Sequence record: LC667451.1
Reading direction: 5' to 3' (one strand)
Length of the DNA: 64,000 bases
The notes beneath the pieces were generated by a model, which was not told where the DNA came from, made no database searches, and saw nothing but the letters and a program-made list of their open reading frames with translations. Of the stretch, positions 47,305 through 57,037 are shown in pieces (the first letter of the stretch is position 1; the number at the start of each line of letters is the position of its first letter). Made by a program: the position numbers and the translations under genes.

Positions 47305-47508
47305 ATGCGACGTTTGATTCAGCGGTACCGTAAGTGGCGAGAAGCTGCTTACGAGCGCGCCCGAATGGCTCGGGTGGAAGAAGAGTTGCGCATTCAGCGG
47401 GAGTTGGAGTATCTGAATACGCGACAGGCATCGGCGGGGAAAACCCTCACGGTTAGCACCCCGGAACTGATGGGACAAAGCATCAACAGTCTCAACCAGC
47501 GGCTCTAA
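47305..47508 (+). CDS. Small coiled-coil hypothetical protein (67 aa)
   Basis: SD ggag, ends at a terminator. Confidence 0.55.
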   Translation: MRRLIQRYRKWREAAYERARMARVEEELRIQRELEYLNTRQASAGKTLTVSTPELMGQSINSLNQRL

Positions 47509-47512
47509 TGCC

Positions 47513-47568
47513 AAAAAAAAAAAGACGGTCATAAGGCGAGGACCCGAAGGTCCTCGCTCTATGCCGTC
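47513..47568. terminator. CATA-hairpin-TATG terminator at a convergent junction
   Basis: A11 run, then gacggtcata-ag-gcgaggacc-cgaa-ggtcctcgc-tc-tatgccgtc. Confidence 0.8.
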
Positions 47569-47597
47569 AAAGGGGTAAAGCGCGAAACTGCTTTCAA

Positions 47598-48224
47598 TCA
47601 GCGACCGATACGAGCCAGCACTTGCTTGGCCAGATCTGCCACGATCGAATCCGGGGGAATCACTTCACCGAGCGCGAAGCCCTTATTGGCCAGCGTGGTG
47701 AAGACTACCTCGCTAAACGGTTGGGTCGGATCAATGCGGTTCGTCTCCGGATCGATACGACGCTTGTACTCCTCCAGCACCTCGAACACCAACAACTCCG
47801 TCTGGTTGCTTCGCGTACCAGCGTAGCGACCCAGGAAGGCCATCCAGTAAGCTTCGTGAAACGAGAAGGGGGTACGACGGCTCGGGGACCAGCGCATCAT
47901 GACATCGCCTTCGATTCGCCAGAACGGTCGGTGTTTATGGCGACCATTGCCGGTGACCGTCATCTGGCCGTAGTGTATCGCTTCGATGCGATACGATTCC
48001 ATGGCCGACAAACCACGCTGACCCAGAAGCGTATCGAACATGCGCGGCGTAGCTAACGCTTCGTTACGCAAGATCAACTCGATACCCAGCAGAACCGAGT
48101 ACGGATGTTTGACGCTCAGGTAGATCTCCTCGAAATACTTGTTAAGGTGTTCCGAGACGAACTCATAACCGGCTTCCGCGTCCTTATGGGTCTGGTTCTG
48201 ATCCAGTCGAATGAACAGGTCCAT
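47598..48224 (-). CDS. Hypothetical protein (208 aa)
   Basis: Translationally coupled trio (TAATG/ATGA overlaps). Confidence 0.7.
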   Translation of the reverse strand: MDLFIRLDQNQTHKDAEAGYEFVSEHLNKYFEEIYLSVKHPYSVLLGIELILRNEALATPRMFDTLLGQRGLSAMESYRIEAIHYGQMTVTGNGRHKHRPFWRIEGDVMMRWSPSRRTPFSFHEAYWMAFLGRYAGTRSNQTELLVFEVLEEYKRRIDPETNRIDPTQPFSEVVFTTLANKGFALGEVIPPDSIVADLAKQVLARIGR

Positions 48225-48763
48225 TACGACACCGCCTTCAGACGCTGGATGGCGTCCGTTGCCAGCGATACGATGGTCTTGCCCTCGAGCGTATTCACCG
48301 TGTACTCGCTGGTGTGGTAAAACTGGCTGTCGTCCTCACGCGTCTTCTGCCAGAGCGCATCATCCAGGACGCGCAAGGCGCGTGCGTCCGAGTCACCCCC
48401 TGCCTGGATGTGCAGATAAGCCGCCCAGACCATGTCCCCCAGATTGACAGTCAGGCCATTCCAGCGCGCAGTCGACGCCAATTCCACTTTGCGGCCGATC
48501 GTGGTGCCACGCCAGACCTTCGTGTTCGCATCGACCACATCGAGCGCGCGATCCAGCGGATTGAACGAACCGCCAGGGCGGAATTCGTCGGAGATGATCA
48601 GCTGGTAGAACGCATCATCTTCGAAGAAGCGATTGCTGCGCACGCGTTCGATCTGATGCACGATCTGGATCGGGCCGCGATGTTCGTTGTAGGTCGCATC
48701 GAAGAAGCCACCGAGCAGCATCTCGATGTTGTTAGCGATCGCGGCGAGTTTCAGCAGTTTCAT
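48224..48763 (-). CDS. Hypothetical protein (179 aa)
   Basis: Overlapping start/stop with both neighbours. Confidence 0.7.
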   Translation of the reverse strand: MKLLKLAAIANNIEMLLGGFFDATYNEHRGPIQIVHQIERVRSNRFFEDDAFYQLIISDEFRPGGSFNPLDRALDVVDANTKVWRGTTIGRKVELASTARWNGLTVNLGDMVWAAYLHIQAGGDSDARALRVLDDALWQKTREDDSQFYHTSEYTVNTLEGKTIVSLATDAIQRLKAVS

Positions 48764-49188
48764 TTCAGGTCCTTGTTTTCTTCAGGGTCAGCAATAAAGT
48801 CGGCGTACAGCAGGGAGGCATCTGCTTCGGGGTTGTTCCCGTAGAGACGATCGAAGAGTCCGCGCTCATTCAACGTCAGAAAGCAAAGGCCCGTTGTGGG
48901 GGCTTCAGAGGTGTTAGGTTGGATCGCTGCGCATTCCCACAGGTAGCCTCGGGCCCACTCCTCGGAGCCGCCTACGCGGGCTATACCAGGCACCAGCGTG
49001 TTCTGCATGCGCACGTCTGAAGTGCGCCAACCACCGGCCGCCATCACAGCGACCGATTCGATAAAGAGTTTGAGCTTCTTGCGCAGCGGATTGCTGGACG
49101 CCTTACGCTCCAAGAGCTTGACGAACTCATTGGGGTCCGTCACGGTGATCTTCTTATCTTCTTTGTAGTGGAGGTTGGGTAGCGACAT
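48760..49188 (-). CDS. Hypothetical protein (142 aa)
   Basis: SD aagga, first gene of the trio. Confidence 0.7.
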   Translation of the reverse strand: MSLPNLHYKEDKKITVTDPNEFVKLLERKASSNPLRKKLKLFIESVAVMAAGGWRTSDVRMQNTLVPGIARVGGSEEWARGYLWECAAIQPNTSEAPTTGLCFLTLNERGLFDRLYGNNPEADASLLYADFIADPEENKDLK

Positions 49189-49267
49189 TGTAACGTCCTT
49201 GTAAGAATCGAAGGGGCATAGGGCCAGGAGTTTCCCCCTGGCCCCGTTCCCTGATTGCCTGTTGTTG

Positions 49268-50827
49268 TTAGATCAGTATCCCGATCTGATCGCTGCGATA
49301 GCCGATCATCAATGGTTCCAGCAGCTTCTTGCGATGCTCATGGTACTCGATGTGCTTCGGGAAGTCTTGGCAGCTTAACCATACGAAGATGGGAGCACGC
49401 CCGTCATCCAGTTTGCGCAGACGACCCAGACCCTGCACGTTCGACTGTGAAGACTTGACAGCCGTGGTGAGAATCGTGGTCGTCAATCCGGGGACGTCAA
49501 CAGCTGTACCCGCGGACATGAGGGTCGTACACCGGATGTCTGGCAACATCAGGTTTTCGTACGGGTCCTCTTCGACGTACCGCATCACCGTCTTATCAGG
49601 ATAGTTGCGCTTGAACCACTCAGTCGCATGCGTACACATGGCGATCGACGCGAAGAACAAGACGCACTTGTCTCCAGGGCGATAGAAATCGCTCTTCAGA
49701 TAAGTCCCACGCATCAACATGTTGATCATCTGCATGTAGTTCTCGGTCATCCGAGCAGACTTCATGATCGACTGTTCCAACACATTGTGCGAGTACGAAG
49801 ACCGACCACGCGCGGTGATACGGATCTTCGTTGGATCGGAGAAGCTATAGAAAACGGCACGACCAGTGATGTACTTGTCGTAAGGCAAACCTTGAAAGCG
49901 GTCCTTCCCAGGATACGCGATGTCGGCCATCCGTTTCTTGAAATCATCGTCCGGAATCAGCGTGGCTGAAAGCGAGACAGACTCTTCGACGTGCGTGATG
50001 CAGTCGAACTTGAAGTTCAGGAGGAAGTCCTGGTGCACCTCGTCGATGATCCGAGTCCGTGCCTTCAAGTGCTGAAAGAGTTGCCAAGGATAGCAGGCGT
50101 AGCCCAACTCCAAGGTCTCTTCACGCTTCTGCTCGTACAGCTTCAGCCAGTTCTGCGCTGTCTTGTTACTGATGATGACCCACTGGTAGGACGGGGTGAG
50201 CTCCGTCGCAGCCAGTTCCAGCAAGCCCATCAGTTCCTCGGAGCCCTGAGCGACGATCACGTCGTCGATTTCAAGCTCGAAGGTTTTCCGTAAGTCGATC
50301 AGCCATTTCTCAATGTACATGGGTCGAATTACCAGCACGCCAATCCCGCGCTTGTTGGTTTGCGACTTCATGGTACAGAACGACTTACCTTTACCCGTCT
50401 GAAGATCAACGAACTTCGAGATAGGTGTCGGAGCATCGAGATACGCAATCACCGGTTCCTGGTAATCACGCACTGTCCACTCCGGCTTGATACGCATGAA
50501 CACTTCCGGCGTGGGCTGAAGAGGGTGCTCGATCCACTCCACCAACTCGCCTTTGAGCATTCGCAACTCAAGATGAGCCTTGAAGTCCTTTAGCAAGTTG
50601 ATGTGGAATCGAAACTCCTCGACGGGTTCACCTGGGCCACGGCGACATGACACCAGGAAGGCCTTGTCCTTATCCGGCACCTTGCGGAACCGGTTCGTAC
50701 CAGGCACTTTCTCCCATTTCTCGGGTACGTATCTCCAGGCAAACCCCCCAACAATCGCGCGTGCGCGATCGGTCATCCACGTACACGCGAAGTTGTGGGA
50801 AAAGACTTCTATTCGTAACTCTGCCAT
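49268..50827 (-). CDS. Superfamily 2 (DEAD/DEAH-like) helicase, gp75-like
   Basis: Motif I LQTGKGKS, II IIDEVH, III SLSATL, VI QGLGRLR. Confidence 0.9.
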   Translation of the reverse strand: MAELRIEVFSHNFACTWMTDRARAIVGGFAWRYVPEKWEKVPGTNRFRKVPDKDKAFLVSCRRGPGEPVEEFRFHINLLKDFKAHLELRMLKGELVEWIEHPLQPTPEVFMRIKPEWTVRDYQEPVIAYLDAPTPISKFVDLQTGKGKSFCTMKSQTNKRGIGVLVIRPMYIEKWLIDLRKTFELEIDDVIVAQGSEELMGLLELAATELTPSYQWVIISNKTAQNWLKLYEQKREETLELGYACYPWQLFQHLKARTRIIDEVHQDFLLNFKFDCITHVEESVSLSATLIPDDDFKKRMADIAYPGKDRFQGLPYDKYITGRAVFYSFSDPTKIRITARGRSSYSHNVLEQSIMKSARMTENYMQMINMLMRGTYLKSDFYRPGDKCVLFFASIAMCTHATEWFKRNYPDKTVMRYVEEDPYENLMLPDIRCTTLMSAGTAVDVPGLTTTILTTAVKSSQSNVQGLGRLRKLDDGRAPIFVWLSCQDFPKHIEYHEHRKKLLEPLMIGYRSDQIGILI

Positions 50828-50849
50828 TCGACATTACCCCGTAAGACCT

Positions 50850-52895
50850 TCACACCCCAGTGCCGAGCACCTCCTGCGGCAGAAGGATTGCGTCCATGGG
50901 ATGGTCCGGTCGATTCTTCTTCGTGTAGCTTTCCGGGGAGATGAAGACATCGTAATGGCCTTCGTACGCCATCGTTGCCGACAGCGAACGACGATCCATC
51001 GTCATGTCCATCACACCCAGGCCGCGATCCGTCCACGGCTTGGGCAGTCGATAGTCATCATTTTCAGCACTGATGATCATCGCCCCATACAGTACAACCT
51101 CAACCACGGCCAAATTCACCGTCAGCTTGTCGTTCACGAGGTTATACAACTCCACGAGGAACGCATCAACCGAGGCCGCCATCTTGTCCCGCTCTTCCAT
51201 CTGCTTCTTGCTCGACTCCAGCATGGATGCGATGTCTTTCGAGTGATCGCTCATGTTGAAGTGAATCAGCGGCAGCGTCATCACAGGTTCCGTAAAGTCC
51301 CAACCCGCCATGTCGATGACGTAGTCGTTGTTGGCATTGAAATCCCAACCGACCTTACGGATGTGGCGCAGCATCGTGTACGTCATCGATGCCAGTCGAC
51401 GGTTCTGGAAAGTCTTCACCCGTTCAGGCGGATACTCCACATTGCCGTCCTTCACAATCACCGCGACTTCCCGCATTTCCGAGACTTGCCGGATATTCAG
51501 GTCATCGACGTTGTGGTTGGCCATGACGTCTGTGATGTTCGGCGCATAGATCGCCGGAATCACGAGCTTCACGTCCTTGCCTTTCAGGCGATCCGCTAAC
51601 AGGTACGACATCCCGTCGTTCGAGATCCGGAAGAGCTTGCGCTCCTCGGGCGTTAGCGTAATCGGCTCGACCGCCGCCGAGCTATCCAAGTGCTTGACTG
51701 ACAGCACCGACTGCGAGGACTTCTGCGCCATGCTCGTACAGCACATGTGGCCGATATTGGTTCGATCGTCCAGCACCGAGAGGCTCAGTTCGCCGAAACA
51801 CGTCGAACACACGCCATACGGGTCCGGATGCGCACAATGAATCACCGAGCGCAGCTTCACATACTTGCCGATCAGTTCGGTTTCGTGGCCGGTGATCGTC
51901 TTGAGCTTGCCAGTTGCCTCGTCCAGATAGTGCTTGCCTTGCAGCAGCGGTAGGTCGCCTGCGAAGGAGATGTCGCCTTCGTCGTTGAACTCCACCCCTC
52001 GCACTTGCCAGCTGAGGTATTCCTTCGTTCCGCAATCGGTATCCTGATGCAGGTTGCGCAGGGTCTGACACATCAACTGCAGACGCCGTGAGAAATACTC
52101 GGCTTCTTGCAGCGGCGACTTCGAGAACTGCAGTGCCTTCGCAGCGGACCGCGACTCGATCACCGAATCGTACAGCGTTCGGATACCCTCGACGTAACCA
52201 GGGATGATCGGGAAACGGAACTGATTCGAGTTGATGTCGGTCAGATAGCCGCGTGGTCCGATGGACTGCTGTACCTGGTTCTGGTTCACCAGCTTCGAAC
52301 GCAGCGCCAAGCTCACCGGATTGCGCGGCAGATCGATACCGTTGCCCAACACCTCGTCGATGATCGCGTAGGCTTCCTTGATCATGCGCGCGCCTTCGTC
52401 CGGTGACTTGTGGATCGCCGGTGCGACTGCTTCCTTCATCGCAATGATCTTCGGATGGTCCAGCACTTCCAGCCAATCGAGAATATCCATCGATGCGACG
52501 TACTCTTCGCAACGTGTGGACATTTCGTTGTAGATCTTGTTGGTCAGCGCATAGACCTTCGACGCCAGGACATCGCGTGTCACCTGGTGACGATACGCCT
52601 CATACACCGACCACATACAGTTGCCCAGCAGGTCCAAGTGCGTCCCGGAACCCAGCCGTTTCTTGCCCAGAATCGTGCGCACGTGGTGCTTCTTCAGCAG
52701 AGGCGTGTTCGGGTACTGCCTGTGGAAATCCCAGGCGTAACTCGAATACACGGTCTCACGCCAATTGGTTTCCACTTCCTCGTTATCGTCGAAGATCAAG
52801 GTGAACGTGCCTGTGAGCACATCCCACATGTCTTCTGACGGAATGTCGAGGAGTTTGCGCGCCCGAATCCGCACTTGCTGCGTTTTCATGAGCAT
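50850..52895 (-). CDS. Non-virion RNA polymerase beta'-like C-terminal subunit (gp74-like)
   Basis: GPRGYLTDINS, EAEYFSRRLQL, Zn site RSVIHC...VCSTCFG, SQSVLSVKH. Confidence 0.9.
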   Translation of the reverse strand: MLMKTQQVRIRARKLLDIPSEDMWDVLTGTFTLIFDDNEEVETNWRETVYSSYAWDFHRQYPNTPLLKKHHVRTILGKKRLGSGTHLDLLGNCMWSVYEAYRHQVTRDVLASKVYALTNKIYNEMSTRCEEYVASMDILDWLEVLDHPKIIAMKEAVAPAIHKSPDEGARMIKEAYAIIDEVLGNGIDLPRNPVSLALRSKLVNQNQVQQSIGPRGYLTDINSNQFRFPIIPGYVEGIRTLYDSVIESRSAAKALQFSKSPLQEAEYFSRRLQLMCQTLRNLHQDTDCGTKEYLSWQVRGVEFNDEGDISFAGDLPLLQGKHYLDEATGKLKTITGHETELIGKYVKLRSVIHCAHPDPYGVCSTCFGELSLSVLDDRTNIGHMCCTSMAQKSSQSVLSVKHLDSSAAVEPITLTPEERKLFRISNDGMSYLLADRLKGKDVKLVIPAIYAPNITDVMANHNVDDLNIRQVSEMREVAVIVKDGNVEYPPERVKTFQNRRLASMTYTMLRHIRKVGWDFNANNDYVIDMAGWDFTEPVMTLPLIHFNMSDHSKDIASMLESSKKQMEERDKMAASVDAFLVELYNLVNDKLTVNLAVVEVVLYGAMIISAENDDYRLPKPWTDRGLGVMDMTMDRRSLSATMAYEGHYDVFISPESYTKKNRPDHPMDAILLPQEVLGTGV

Positions 52896-52947
52896 AGTGC
52901 TCTCCTTGTTTCATCAGGGGATACCCGCCAGTATCCCCTGTCCGGCG

Positions 52948-55143
52948 CTAGGCCATCTTCTGTTTCGGGAAGTACTGATCGTTGGCTGGCTCGTAGACAA
53001 ACTTCCAGCCTCCGCACTGGGCGACATGTCGGACCAATTGCAGCGGCTTGGAGCCACCGAGCGGAACGACATTGCGATCGACCACGGAATGCAACGCCGT
53101 GGGCTTCTCGGCACGTAGCAACGTTTCCAGGATATGCTTGTGCGTGAACGGGTTGTTGTTCCGGTCGAGGATGTCGGCCATGATCTTCGGACCCGCGTAC
53201 GACACACCGATGCGAACTTCTGCTTCCCCCCACGCCCGGATGGCTTGTGTGCGGGTCGGTGCTGCATACTTGTCGGCGTTGGTAACTTGCGAGAGCACGC
53301 CAAAGTGCTGCAGCTTCCCGGACGATACAGCTGTCCAGTCGTCTGCGATCTTCTCGAGGATGATGATGTACACCGAGCCAATCCGCACGTTGTTCTTCGT
53401 GACAGACCGTACGCCCGAGTTGCCTATGTACGTCACCGGACCCCACACCGGCGGATACTTCTCCTGGATCTCCCGCACCATCGGGATATACGCAGGATCG
53501 TTTTCCGGCGGCATGAACAGATAGAGTCCATTCCTGCAGCTGTGGATGACGCTGGCCAGATGTTCCGCCCGAGATCGGGTGTACTGTCCGGTTCGGAACC
53601 AGCTTGCCTGGAGCGGTGAACAGATCTGATAGAAGCCGAGCAGATACTCCCACACCTCGTCCATGAGTTGGGGATTCTCGTTTTCCAGCTGGGCCAGCAT
53701 CTTCGTCAAGCGCCATTCCGGCTCATCACGATCGATGCGCAACATACCCACGATCCGCTTCATCACATCGCGACCCGCCGCATTAATAAACGGCTCGTAC
53801 AGACGACCGTAGTTCATGCGGTTCACCGTCGATTCACCCGACACGATGATGTCAGCGCGATTGCCTTCTTCATCCACCGGCATTTCATGCGGTTCGCAGA
53901 TCTTGCAGATCACGCCCTTGCCGCCGAAGCAGTCCGTCAGCTTAAAGCCGATGGTCGGGGTGATTTCGTACTCGATCACGAATTCCACACGCCAATCGTC
54001 CAACGGCGCTTGGCGATACAGCTTCTTGATGGACTCGCTCGGCGACTGGCTGTTCTTGCCGACCACACTGATGGCCTCCACCACCAGTCGATGGAACTCC
54101 GGCGTCAAACGCGGTGCTACACCCGGATGCTTGCTCTTCAGGCGGTTGTACGTCTGCAGGATTTCCTGATAGAACTCGCGCCGAGCGCGATCATAACGCA
54201 GCGGTTGCTCATCCATGCCTTCAGGAATCGCCGAACCTTGGCTGTTCAGGTCGTGATGCACCCGAATATCCACCACCTTGCCGCCTGTGGGCACATACGT
54301 CGCCTTGTCGAACATGAAATCCGGCTGACGCAACGCCGCACCGCTTTGCTCCACCACGGCCAGACTTTCGTCATAGCTACGCAGCATCATGAGCAGGCCA
54401 TCTTCACGCACGATGTCGCCGATGTCCGGGAACGCCTTGTATTTCTTGTGGTCGCCATAGAGGTTGAGCGGGAACCGCTTCGAACCCCATTCGACTACGC
54501 GCGTTTCGTACGTCTTGAACGTAAACCGGTCCAGAACGTCGCGGGAAATCACGATACCGTCTTCAGCCACGCCCGGAATGGACATGTACGCAACGTTGCA
54601 TTGCGCGCCGTACTTGTAACCGCCATCGGGAGTGACCGCGGGCGAATCGAGGAAAATCTCGCCCTCCGGAATTTCCATGTCCTTGACGAGCTTGGCTCGG
54701 CCGGACCGAGGTACATACGGGAAGCCAAAGTACTGGTGCTGAGAGCAGTACTTCGGGAGATTGATCATGCCAATCTCTTTGTTATCGCTGCGCTCGTAGA
54801 TCACGATCTGCTGAGGATTTTGTTCCCCATGCTCGATGATCGAATCCATGCCATACGACGTTCGATACCGATCGATGACAGCGCGCACCTGGCCCGTATG
54901 GGGCATCTTCACGTTCCAGGTATATTTGCCAAACTCCCGCTCCATGCCGGTCTGACAGAAGCGCTCGGTCGATCCCTTAATCACCAGGGTCTGACCGATG
55001 TGGCTGGAGAACATCTGCTCACGCGATGCAGAGTTCGCACCTTTCCAGGGATTCAGGCCGCACACACCCAACAGTTGCCGCAACAGTTGGTTCGGTTCCG
55101 GAATCGGCTGGTAGACACGCCTCTCAGCTGATTGAACACTCAT
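52948..55143 (-). CDS. Non-virion RNA polymerase beta-like C-terminal subunit (gp71-73-like, uninterrupted)
   Basis: NSASREQMF, GFKLTDCFGGKGVI, STVNRMNYGRL, GEAEVR. ATG 55143 follows SD gagga. Confidence 0.92.
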   Translation of the reverse strand: MSVQSAERRVYQPIPEPNQLLRQLLGVCGLNPWKGANSASREQMFSSHIGQTLVIKGSTERFCQTGMEREFGKYTWNVKMPHTGQVRAVIDRYRTSYGMDSIIEHGEQNPQQIVIYERSDNKEIGMINLPKYCSQHQYFGFPYVPRSGRAKLVKDMEIPEGEIFLDSPAVTPDGGYKYGAQCNVAYMSIPGVAEDGIVISRDVLDRFTFKTYETRVVEWGSKRFPLNLYGDHKKYKAFPDIGDIVREDGLLMMLRSYDESLAVVEQSGAALRQPDFMFDKATYVPTGGKVVDIRVHHDLNSQGSAIPEGMDEQPLRYDRARREFYQEILQTYNRLKSKHPGVAPRLTPEFHRLVVEAISVVGKNSQSPSESIKKLYRQAPLDDWRVEFVIEYEITPTIGFKLTDCFGGKGVICKICEPHEMPVDEEGNRADIIVSGESTVNRMNYGRLYEPFINAAGRDVMKRIVGMLRIDRDEPEWRLTKMLAQLENENPQLMDEVWEYLLGFYQICSPLQASWFRTGQYTRSRAEHLASVIHSCRNGLYLFMPPENDPAYIPMVREIQEKYPPVWGPVTYIGNSGVRSVTKNNVRIGSVYIIILEKIADDWTAVSSGKLQHFGVLSQVTNADKYAAPTRTQAIRAWGEAEVRIGVSYAGPKIMADILDRNNNPFTHKHILETLLRAEKPTALHSVVDRNVVPLGGSKPLQLVRHVAQCGGWKFVYEPANDQYFPKQKMA

Positions 55144-55250
55144 CGTTCTTTCCTCGTTGTAACGACTACTTTTATTGTCCCACATCACTGCCACTAATTC
55201 ACTCTTTCGAATGAACTCGCAGAAATCATCTGAGACACTCCGTACTACCT

Positions 55251-55264
55251 ATGTTAGTAATATG
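55251..55264 (-). promoter_or_regulatory. Early-promoter variant (CATATTAC)
   Basis: Shares 13 identical nt (ATATTACTAACAT) with 60200-60212. Lies upstream of the nvRNAP beta gene. Confidence 0.6.
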
Positions 55265-55291
55265 TGATTGAATTCTTTTTAGGCGGAATCG

Positions 55292-55630
55292 ATGGATATT
55301 AACAAGCTTTCGGTTGGATTGGACAACTTGGATTACTACAGTGATGGTTTCCGCAATCTGCTGGAGGATCACTACTCCTGGTTGAAGACACAGTCGAGCA
55401 CCAAGACTGTACCCATTGACGCTTATCTGGCGGTGCGCTACGAGTTTGACTTCTATGGGCTCTTGCAGAATCAGAACGTACCCACAGAGTTGCACTGGAT
55501 CGTCATGCGTCTGACAGGTTACACTTCACCCGATCAGATGACACGCGATCTTCAGTCTTACGTCTTGCCCGATCCCTCGGTGATCAGTCGCTTGTATTCG
55601 ACGTATAGCGCAAAGACTGGCGTGAGCTAG
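55292..55630 (+). CDS. Small conserved protein on the opposite strand (possible LysM/T4 gp53-like virion protein)
   Basis: 112 aa. FYGLL..QNV...HWIVMRL.G...P pattern. Preceded by TATG. Fold is inferred. Confidence 0.5.
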   Translation: MDINKLSVGLDNLDYYSDGFRNLLEDHYSWLKTQSSTKTVPIDAYLAVRYEFDFYGLLQNQNVPTELHWIVMRLTGYTSPDQMTRDLQSYVLPDPSVISRLYSTYSAKTGVS

Positions 55631-55656
55631 GCTCACTATACATGACGTGGATGAAT

Positions 55657-55697
55657 AAAAAAAAAGAAGGAGGGGCGCTAAGCCTCTCCTTCTATGC
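55657..55697 (-). terminator. Terminator at a convergent junction
   Basis: A9 run, then agaaggaggggc-gctaa-gcctctccttct-atgc. Confidence 0.8.
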
Positions 55698-55722
55698 CGT
55701 ACTCTGACTGTCCTAGCTCAGA

Positions 55723-57000
55723 TTACAGACGGTACTGTTGCGACTGCTGACCCCAGCTGTTGCCGCCCTGGTTACCCCAGCCGCCACCGCCACCGCCCCA
55801 TGCGCCACCGCCCCAGGACTGCTGGACCGGTGCCGACGGGTTGGACAGCGAGGCACGTTGCGGTGCTTGCTGCCAGGACTGGCCGGGATTCCAGCCATGC
55901 GAACCGCCCCAACCCACGGCTTGTTGCAGTGCCGGTTTCGACCGCACGAGCGATTCGAAGTCGGTACCACCACCAGGGCCGCGCGAAACGGGTGCCGGGC
56001 TCGAAGCCGGTTGCGGTGCCGTCTGACCCCAGCTAACCTGGGCACGCGCGGGTTCCGGCGGCTTCACCGTGCCAAAGCTCACACCAGGCGTCTGGTTCTT
56101 CGACTGACCTTCGGCTTCCGTACCGGCGACCGAACCTTCGTTACCCGCTTGCATCGGCGTGGAACGAATCTCGGGCAGCAGTTCGTCGAGGTTGTCGAGT
56201 TGTTCGCTCCAGCCCGATTCGATCGTCAGGTTATCCGGCAGCACGCCTTCGAAACGGCTGAGCAGATCGTTCAGCGGCGCCGCCACCGCGCGCACGGAAA
56301 GCATCAGGGCTTCGATGGACGGTGCAATCGTGCTATTCGAGCCACGGTTGTACACGCCCGCGATGTCCTGTTCCGGCAGGATGTAGTCGAGCAGGCCCGC
56401 CAGTGCTTCACGGTCCTTCACGCGCAGCTTCACGCCATGCAGTTCGCCGTCCGACTTCTTCAGATCGTTGTAGAACGGGAAATGCACCACACCTACACGC
56501 GAATAGCGTTTGTCGCCGACCGTGCCGCCACGTTTGATGAACATCGAGACGAACAGCTTCTGGTGTGCAGCGGCCGGAAGCGAGTCCATGATCTTCTTCA
56601 GCGCGATCAGCGTCTTCTCGTCCGCGTTCTTGACTTTCGACAGGAACTCGGACTGTTCGGGCGTGAGCTTGTGCTGTTCAGCCTGGCTGGTGCCCAGCGT
56701 GAGCAGCATCGTGACGATCGAGCCGATCACCACGTTCAGGCGCGCATTGATTGCCAGGCGAAAGCGCTCGAACACTTCCGATTCGCCCCGCATCACGTTT
56801 TCCACCAGCGGATGGAAGGCGATCTTCGTGTCCGGGTTCGGCGCACGTTGATGTTCCGGCGTGGGCAACACCAGACGGCGACCCTTGAGCGTCATCGGCT
56901 TGGGGTCCTTGCTCGTAGCGACCGATACACAACCATCGCTCGTGACGATCAGGCCTGCCGCGCCCAGAATCGACTCGTAGAAATCCAACATTTTACTCAT
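55723..57000 (-). CDS. gp70-like nucleus-block protein with a Trp/Gly/Gln low-complexity tail
   Basis: 425 aa, lies between the PicA-like gene and the nvRNAP beta gene. Confidence 0.55.
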   Translation of the reverse strand: MSKMLDFYESILGAAGLIVTSDGCVSVATSKDPKPMTLKGRRLVLPTPEHQRAPNPDTKIAFHPLVENVMRGESEVFERFRLAINARLNVVIGSIVTMLLTLGTSQAEQHKLTPEQSEFLSKVKNADEKTLIALKKIMDSLPAAAHQKLFVSMFIKRGGTVGDKRYSRVGVVHFPFYNDLKKSDGELHGVKLRVKDREALAGLLDYILPEQDIAGVYNRGSNSTIAPSIEALMLSVRAVAAPLNDLLSRFEGVLPDNLTIESGWSEQLDNLDELLPEIRSTPMQAGNEGSVAGTEAEGQSKNQTPGVSFGTVKPPEPARAQVSWGQTAPQPASSPAPVSRGPGGGTDFESLVRSKPALQQAVGWGGSHGWNPGQSWQQAPQRASLSNPSAPVQQSWGGGAWGGGGGGWGNQGGNSWGQQSQQYRL

Positions 57001-57037
57001 TATTTTCTCCTACCCCAGTCGCCTGGGGCGTCTGATG

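Noticed and set aside
53920-53960. GFKLTDCFGGKG lacking the His of the bacterial GRHGNKG motif
   Set aside because: Both lysines are retained and nvRNAPs are divergent here, so there is no evidence of inactivity.
52948-55143. Possible intron/homing endonuclease in the nvRNAP beta gene, as in phiKZ gp71-73
   Set aside because: The frame is continuous across all recognised motifs, with no HNH insert.
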